Assembly (NCBI GenBank): GCA_963792585.1
Contig: CAWBWI010000003.1
Location: forward strand, 192,001 to 256,000
Source of the DNA: Candidatus Eiseniibacteriota bacterium
GTDB taxonomy: Bacteria > Eisenbacteria > RBG-16-71-46 > CAIMUX01 > VGJL01
Reading direction: 5' to 3'
Length of the DNA: 64,000 nucleotides
The notes under the pieces were generated by a model. The model saw only the letters and a list, made by a program, of their open reading frames with translations. It was not told the DNA's origin and ran no database searches. Shown here piece after piece: positions 58,064 through 64,000 of the stretch; position 1 is the stretch's first letter, and every line of letters begins with the position of its first letter. A program made the position numbers and the translations under genes.

Positions 58064-58719
58064 GCGTCTTTCCGGTGCCTCGGGTCGACCGCCTCGACAA
58101 GATAGATCACTTCGTCCGCGATGTTCTTCCCATAGTCGGCGATGCGCTCCAGGGCCCGCGCCAGGAAGATCAACTCCACGGTCTGCGCCACCCTCGACGG
58201 ATTCTCCATCATGTAACCGAGGAGGCGCTGGATCGTCTCGCGGTGGATTCGATTGATCTCCTCGTCTCCCTCTCGAACCTCCCGCGCGAGCGTTACGTCC
58301 TCGCGGATGTAGGATTCCATCGATCGCGAGACGGCCTTCTTCACCATCTCCCCAAGGGCGGGCAGGCCGAAGAAATCTCCGATCGGCGGGAGGTCGGACA
58401 GATCGCACCCCACGCGGGCGATGTAGACCGCTTGATCCCCGGTCCGCTCGAGATTCGTGTTGATCTTCATCGACATCGTTGCGAAACGCAGGTCCTTTGC
58501 GACCGGCTGGCGGAGAAGGAGCAGGTCGATGCACGCCTGGTCTATCCGCACTTCGAACATGTCGATTTCCCGATCGGTCTCGATCACCTTCCTGCACAGG
58601 TCCGTGTCCCGGCCAAAGAGCCCCTCGAGGGCAAGAGACACATTCTCCTCGGCCAGATAGGACATCCGCAGGAGCAGGTCCCGGAGGTCCCGAAATTGGG
58701 ATTCGTAATATCTCTCCAC
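58060..58719 (-). CDS. phoU: Phosphate signalling protein PhoU
   Basis: D.EID..E, QPVA.DLR, LER.GD, D..IN, LERIAD...NI. Confidence 0.95.
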   Translation of the reverse strand: MERYYESQFRDLRDLLLRMSYLAEENVSLALEGLFGRDTDLCRKVIETDREIDMFEVRIDQACIDLLLLRQPVAKDLRFATMSMKINTNLERTGDQAVYIARVGCDLSDLPPIGDFFGLPALGEMVKKAVSRSMESYIREDVTLAREVREGDEEINRIHRETIQRLLGYMMENPSRVAQTVELIFLARALERIADYGKNIADEVIYLVEAVDPRHRKDA

Positions 58720-58736
58720 TGTGCTCCCGTCGGCGA

Positions 58737-59552
58737 TCAGCCGAATCTCCCCGTTACGTAGTCTTCCGTCTGCTGCTTGTCCGGCTTCTGGAAGATCTTC
58801 TTCGTGGGACCGAACTCTATCAAACTTCCAAGATAGAAGAAAGCGGTGTGGTCGCTCACGCGCGTCGCCTGGTGCATGTTATGCGTGACGATCACCACCG
58901 TGTATCTCTCCCGAAGCTCCATGATGAGCGTCTCGATCTTCGCGGTGGCGATTGGATCGAGCGCGGAACAGGGCTCGTCCATCAGGAGGACCTCGGGATC
59001 GGTCGCGACGGCGCGGGCGATGCAGAGTCGCTGCTGCTGTCCCCCGGAAAGATTCATCGCGCTTTCCTTCAGGCGGTCTTTCACCTCGTCCCACAGACCC
59101 GCCGCGAACAAGCTTCGTTCGACGGCCTCATCGAGCACGTTCTTGCGGTTTTGTCCGTCGATCCGGAGTCCGTAGATCACGTTCTCGTAGATCGACTTCG
59201 GAAACGGGTTCGACTTCTGAAAGACCATCCCCGTCCGCTTACGAAGAGCGATAACGTCGATCCCCGGAGCGTAGATGTCCTCCCCGTGGATCTTGACGGT
59301 CCCTGAGATCCTCACTCCCGGGATCAGGTCGTTCAGACGATTCAGGCAGCGGAGAAGTGTCGACTTTCCACATCCCGACGGACCGATGAATGCCGTGACC
59401 TGTCGCTCCGGGATCCGCATGTTGACGCCGTGGAGCGCCTGAGAGAGCCCATACCAGAGATCGAGGCGGTCGACCTCGATCGCAATCGGGGCCGTGCTCT
59501 CCGTCGGTGCCTGCATCAACGATGGTGTTTCCATTTCCTCCACCAGATTCAT
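58737..59552 (-). CDS. pstB: Phosphate ABC transporter ATPase
   Basis: [43 protein letters not shown]. Confidence 0.97.
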   Translation of the reverse strand: MNLVEEMETPSLMQAPTESTAPIAIEVDRLDLWYGLSQALHGVNMRIPERQVTAFIGPSGCGKSTLLRCLNRLNDLIPGVRISGTVKIHGEDIYAPGIDVIALRKRTGMVFQKSNPFPKSIYENVIYGLRIDGQNRKNVLDEAVERSLFAAGLWDEVKDRLKESAMNLSGGQQQRLCIARAVATDPEVLLMDEPCSALDPIATAKIETLIMELRERYTVVIVTHNMHQATRVSDHTAFFYLGSLIEFGPTKKIFQKPDKQQTEDYVTGRFG

Positions 59553-59567
59553 GCCCTGATCCCCATT

Positions 59568-61250
59568 CTAACCGAAGGCCCCGGTCCGGTACTTGTCCCG
59601 CAGCTTGTTGCGGATGATGATTGCCGCCATGTTCAGAACAACGACAATGAGTATCAGCAAGAGCGTGGTCATGTAGACCATCGGCTTCGCGGCCTCGACG
59701 TTGGGGCTCTGGAAGCCGACATCATAGATGTGGAAGCCGAGGTGCATGAACTTCCGTTCGAGGTGTAGGAATGGGAAGTCCCCGTCCAGCGGGAGCTTCG
59801 GCGCGAGCTTCACAACGCCCGTGATCATGAGGGGGGCGACCTCTCCCGCTCCGCGCGCCATTGCAAGAATCGCGCCCGTCATGATCCCCGGCGCGGCGCT
59901 CGGTAGGACGATTCGAGTGATCGTCTGGAATTTCGAGGCGCCGCAGGCGATGGAGCCCTCGCGGATGCCCCGAGGCACCGCCGCCAGCGCTTCCTCGGTC
60001 GCTACGATGACAACGGGGACCGTCAGCAGCGCCAGGGTCAGAGACGCCCAGAGGAGGCCCCCGCCGCCGAACGTCGGGGAAGGAAGTCGCGCACCAAAGA
60101 ACGCCCGGTCGACAGACCCTCCAACCAAATAGGCGAAGAACCCGAGGCCGAAGAGACCGAAGACGATGCTCGGCACCCCGGCCAGGTTGTTGATCGCGAT
60201 CCTCAAGATCGTAATCACGATCCCCTGCTTCGCGTACTCCCGAAGGTAGAGCGCGGCCATCACGCCGAGGGGAACCACCGCGAGGGTCATCAGCAGTGTC
60301 ATGAGGACCGTCCCGAAGATGGCCGGGAAGATCCCTCCCTCGGTGTTCGATTCGCGCGGATCGGCCGTGAAGAACTCCCAGAGCCGCGAGACATAGATGC
60401 GCAGCCGCCCCAGGACACTCATTTCATTGGGTCGGTACGCGCGCACGGTATCGGAGATCGGCAACTCCTTTGTCTCTCCGCGGGCCGACCGGAGGGTAAC
60501 CGTATACTGCCGATCTTCCCCATGCAGGGCATCGAGCTTCCGCCGCAGCGCCTCAAAGGCCGTCGTTTCCTCGGCGATCCGGCGTTCGCAGGATGCAATC
60601 CGCTCCTTTGCCTCCGGGGTCGCCGCGGCTCCGGAGATCTCGATCTTTCGAATCGCCAGGCGCTGCTTGTCGATCGCGGCGCTGATCCTGCCGGCCTCGT
60701 CTCTCTCGATGGAGCGAATGCGGGCGAACCGGTCTCCTGCCGGTCCGATCTCCTGCAGGAGTCGTTCCCAGGCGCCGGCTTTGCCAACCACCTCCATCCC
60801 GGCCCGCACTTCCTCGATCGTTCCGTAGAAAGGTCCCCACTCCCGCCGCTCCACCACGGCAAGCTCCGTTGGACGGGTGCGCTTCACGATCGCTGACTCG
60901 TCGAACCACTTGAAGTCGAGTCCATGGAGATCGCGGTTTCCGATCCGCAGGAGGATCCGGTGGCCGCCGCTGCCTTCCACATATGCGGGGATCCGCTCGC
61001 GTCGCTCCACCTGGCCGACCACGACCGATCCATCCTTCAGCTCCACCTGCGCAAGCCCGTCGGGCCACATGGAGCCGAGGCCGTTGGCGATGATCAGGGT
61101 CAACATTCCGAGAATCATCACCACCGCGCACGCAAGCGCTCCCCCCGTCAACCAGACGAACGGATCCCCCCGCCGGACCAACTGGACCCAAACGGAATCT
61201 TCTCGATTCGTCCCTGCTCGCGGTCTCATGGTCCCGGATCCCGTGTTCAT
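59568..61250 (-). CDS. pstA: Phosphate ABC transporter permease PstA with large periplasmic coiled-coil domain
   Basis: PRESNTEGGIFPAIFGT, NLAGVPSIVFG, RGAGEVAP. Confidence 0.95.
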   Translation of the reverse strand: MNTGSGTMRPRAGTNREDSVWVQLVRRGDPFVWLTGGALACAVVMILGMLTLIIANGLGSMWPDGLAQVELKDGSVVVGQVERRERIPAYVEGSGGHRILLRIGNRDLHGLDFKWFDESAIVKRTRPTELAVVERREWGPFYGTIEEVRAGMEVVGKAGAWERLLQEIGPAGDRFARIRSIERDEAGRISAAIDKQRLAIRKIEISGAAATPEAKERIASCERRIAEETTAFEALRRKLDALHGEDRQYTVTLRSARGETKELPISDTVRAYRPNEMSVLGRLRIYVSRLWEFFTADPRESNTEGGIFPAIFGTVLMTLLMTLAVVPLGVMAALYLREYAKQGIVITILRIAINNLAGVPSIVFGLFGLGFFAYLVGGSVDRAFFGARLPSPTFGGGGLLWASLTLALLTVPVVIVATEEALAAVPRGIREGSIACGASKFQTITRIVLPSAAPGIMTGAILAMARGAGEVAPLMITGVVKLAPKLPLDGDFPFLHLERKFMHLGFHIYDVGFQSPNVEAAKPMVYMTTLLLILIVVVLNMAAIIIRNKLRDKYRTGAFG

Positions 61251-61257
61251 CGATTCC

Positions 61258-63489
61258 TCAGTAGTTCCCGAATTTCCGTCGCAGGCGTTGACGGATCATC
61301 TCGGCGCCTGTGTTGATCACGAACGTCGTCAGGAATAGCAGGAATCCCGAAAAGAAGAGGATCCGGTAGAGGGTGCCCCCGTTCGGCGCCTCGGGGATTT
61401 CCACTGCGATATTGGCCGACAGAGTCCGCATTCCGTTGAATACGCTCCAGTCCATGACGGGTGTGTTGCCCGTCGCCATGAGGACGATCATCGTCTCGCC
61501 GATCGCGCGGCCGAAGCCGACCATGATCGCCGAGAAGATCCCGGACCCCGCGGCCGGAAGGACGATCCGCAGGGCCGTTTGCCAGCGGCTCGCCCCGCAC
61601 GCGATCGAGCCGCTGACGAGATGCTGCGGGACCGCCGAAAGTGCGTCCTCACAGATCGTGAAGATGATCGGTATGACGGCGAAACCCATTGCGAACCCGA
61701 CGATGATGCAGTTGCGTTGATCATACCGCACGTTCTGCGTATCGGTCAGCCAATGCCGAAAATCCCCCATGAAGAGGAATCTCTCCAGCACCGGCCCCAG
61801 ACTCTGAGCGATCCAGGCCCCGAGGAACGCGATCGGAATCAGGAAGAGGACCTCGGTTCCGGTCGGGAATCTGCCAGTCCAGCGGGTGGGTATGGCCCTC
61901 CACATCAGGGCTGCGCCGAGAAAGAGCATCGGCAGGAGAATCAATGTCAAGAAGGTGCCGGGCACGATCGTCTCGAGCTTCGGCGCGAGGAAGAGCCCGG
62001 CCACCAGACCCAAGACGACGCTCGGCAGGGCCGCCATGATCTCGATCGTCGGCTTCAGGATATTGCGAATCCGATGGTGCAGGAACTGACTTGCGTAGAT
62101 CGCCGCGAAGAGCGCGATCGGCACGGCGAATAGCAGCGCATAGAGCGTCCCTTTGAGCGTCCCGAAGAGAAGCGGTACGAGGCTGAACTTGGGCTCGAAA
62201 TCGTCCGATCCGCCGGTGGATTGCCAGACGTTCTCCGGTGCGTCGTAGCCCTCGTACCAAACGGGAAGGAACAAGGCTCGCAGCGAGATCTCCGGGTGCG
62301 GATTGTGTAGCCCGTAGTGAATGATCCCGCCGTCATCGAGGGCGACAAGGAATCCGTCCGACCTGGGCGCGAAAGCCAGCCCTGCAATGTTCCTGCCGGG
62401 TGTGAGACTCATGAGCGTCCGGTCATTCGTGAGGTAATGGAGGCGGATCTCCCCCTGCGCGTCGGCCGTAAGGAAGCCCCGATTGCGCGCTGAAGGAGCG
62501 ATCGCGATCACTGGGCCCTTCTGGCTTTGAAGCGAGTGCACGCGGCGAAACTTCTTGCCCGCCGCGCCGGAACCGGGATCGCGCGCCTCGAACCAACCCG
62601 AGATGCTGCCGTCCCCACCACCGACGATGACCGAGTTATCCCCCAGCGCCATCGCGAGCGCGGTGACCGAAACATCGCGCGCGCCCATCGCCTGGAAGGT
62701 CTCCGCGTGGAGTGGTTGACCCTGCTCGATGTTCCAGCATTGCACTCCGCCATCGGCGAGACCCACGAAGAGACGTCGTCCGGACGCACTGATCGTGAGG
62801 GCGGTTACCGCGGACGGCAGATCCTTGGTCAGATCGAAAGATGTCCCGCTGCGTGTGGGCTCGTCGATCAGACTCTGATGGATCGTTTCGATCGACAGAG
62901 TCAGACGACCGTCGGCGGTCACGATCGCGGAGGTGGTTCCATCCTCGTAACGCGCATAAGCCAGACGGGTGACCGCGACCCCGGCTGCGACGGCGAGAAC
63001 CGGCTTCGGCGTGAACCGGACCACGCTCTCCCGCCCACCGTCCGGACGGTAGGAGACATCATAGGCAACCTCGAGTTCTTGGACCCGGCCGTCGGAGCAG
63101 CCGACCAGCAGGCCGTCGCCACGCGCCGACTGCGCCACGGCGGTGATCGTCGCATCCCTCAGGCTATCGATCGGGAAGCTCTCTCCGGCCTCGCCCCGGA
63201 GCGGATCGAACAACCCGATCGCGGGCCGGGAGCCGATGAAGTAAGCTCGATCCCGGTATTCATTCACCCCTACGAGGAGAACCCGGCCGCCGCCGGACTG
63301 GGTGCGCGCGATCTCCCATTCTGTCGGCCGGTGAAACAGGGGGGCTGCCTCGAGGACGATGAAGACGAGAATCCCGATCACCGCAAGAACAATCGCGATT
63401 CCGCCGGTCATGATGCCTCCGCCCGCGGCGTGATCCAGGAGGATCACGCTGCGGGCGGTACCGCGACGCTTTCGGGGTTCTATGTCCAT
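61258..63489 (-). CDS. pstC: Phosphate ABC transporter permease PstC with WD40-like N-terminal domain
   Basis: WQSTG..DDFEPK.SL.PL.FGT.K, EIMAALPSVVLG, RAIGETMIVLM; ATG 63489 follows the pstS stop. Confidence 0.93.
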   Translation of the reverse strand: MDIEPRKRRGTARSVILLDHAAGGGIMTGGIAIVLAVIGILVFIVLEAAPLFHRPTEWEIARTQSGGGRVLLVGVNEYRDRAYFIGSRPAIGLFDPLRGEAGESFPIDSLRDATITAVAQSARGDGLLVGCSDGRVQELEVAYDVSYRPDGGRESVVRFTPKPVLAVAAGVAVTRLAYARYEDGTTSAIVTADGRLTLSIETIHQSLIDEPTRSGTSFDLTKDLPSAVTALTISASGRRLFVGLADGGVQCWNIEQGQPLHAETFQAMGARDVSVTALAMALGDNSVIVGGGDGSISGWFEARDPGSGAAGKKFRRVHSLQSQKGPVIAIAPSARNRGFLTADAQGEIRLHYLTNDRTLMSLTPGRNIAGLAFAPRSDGFLVALDDGGIIHYGLHNPHPEISLRALFLPVWYEGYDAPENVWQSTGGSDDFEPKFSLVPLLFGTLKGTLYALLFAVPIALFAAIYASQFLHHRIRNILKPTIEIMAALPSVVLGLVAGLFLAPKLETIVPGTFLTLILLPMLFLGAALMWRAIPTRWTGRFPTGTEVLFLIPIAFLGAWIAQSLGPVLERFLFMGDFRHWLTDTQNVRYDQRNCIIVGFAMGFAVIPIIFTICEDALSAVPQHLVSGSIACGASRWQTALRIVLPAAGSGIFSAIMVGFGRAIGETMIVLMATGNTPVMDWSVFNGMRTLSANIAVEIPEAPNGGTLYRILFFSGFLLFLTTFVINTGAEMIRQRLRRKFGNY

Positions 63490-63493
63490 CAAC

Positions 63494-64000
63494 CTACTGG
63501 AGCTTCTTGAGCTCTTCGTCAATCACCTTCTTTGGCAGGGGGATATAACCGTCCTTGATCACGACCTCCTGCCCCTCCTTGCTCAACACAAACGTCAGAA
63601 ACTCCTTCGTCAGGGGGTCGAGCGGTTTGTTGGGCGCCTTGTTGAAGTAAATGTACAGGTACCGACCCAGGGGATAGGTACCATTCAGCACGTGATCAAG
63701 ATCGGCGGCCACATAGGGACCCCCCGCCTTCTTCGCGAGCGGGACGGCGCGGACGCCGGCGGTGCTGTAACCGATTCCGCTGTATCCGATCGCATAGCGG
63801 TCGTTCTCGATACCTTGCACGACCGACGCCGAGCCGGGCTGCTCCTTGACGGTGTTCTTGAAGTCCCCCTTCGCCAGCGCGTGCTCCTTGAAGTAGCCAT
63901 AGGTCCCGGATGCCGAGTTGCGGCCGTAGAGGCTGATCGGTCGATCCCAGTCGCCCGTCATGCCCAGCTGCCCCCAGGTGTTGATCTCCTCCGGAGCGCC
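63494..64000 (-). CDS. pstS: Phosphate ABC transporter substrate-binding protein, 5'-partial
   Basis: Open to the window edge; [30 protein letters not shown]. Confidence 0.95.
   Translation of the reverse strand, partial: GAPEEINTWGQLGMTGDWDRPISLYGRNSASGTYGYFKEHALAKGDFKNTVKEQPGSASVVQGIENDRYAIGYSGIGYSTAGVRAVPLAKKAGGPYVAADLDHVLNGTYPLGRYLYIYFNKAPNKPLDPLTKEFLTFVLSKEGQEVVIKDGYIPLPKKVIDEELKKLQ

Overview
This is a GC-rich (by eye roughly two-thirds G+C), densely coding bacterial chromosomal segment with about 46 CDS. I found no rRNA, tRNA, CRISPR array, integrase or transposase. The LPS genes (O-antigen ligase, MsbA, three GT9) indicate a diderm. Six secreted proteins end in a shared FlgD-like/T9SS-type-A-like C-terminal domain, which suggests an FCB-associated lineage such as Ca. 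Eisenbacteria or Latescibacterota (inference, not checked). Left to right: a partial hypothetical; a signalling patch (multi-GAF/CheW-like, HDOD, EAL-HDOD) around pip; a secreted M28 peptidase; DUF6599-membrane protein-hisC-CDF; bacilliredoxin; DUF3108; MFS; NADP oxidoreductase; tldD/tldE; a hydrolase-FG-GAP-ASPIC fusion; pepD; a frameshifted 7-repeat propeller; a Dld-II-like dehydrogenase; a P-type ATPase; an M14 carboxypeptidase; tyrS; the LPS cluster; archease-rtcB; HtrA; alkaline phosphatase; yceI; queF; two secreted repeat proteins; a frameshifted orphan N6-adenine DNA methyltransferase; amrS radical SAM; a TrmH-family methylase; and phoU-pstBAC plus partial pstS. Most of it is recognisable housekeeping or accessory content, and I cannot demonstrate a wholly new system from the sequence alone. 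The best leads are the archease-RtcB-GT9 operon within an RNA repair/modification-rich neighbourhood, the shared C-terminal sorting domain, the orphan methyltransferase coupled to secreted-protein genes downstream of queF, the GAF-CheW-like/HDOD module, and apparent leaderless or overlapping promoters. Three single-base frameshifts may be assembly errors.
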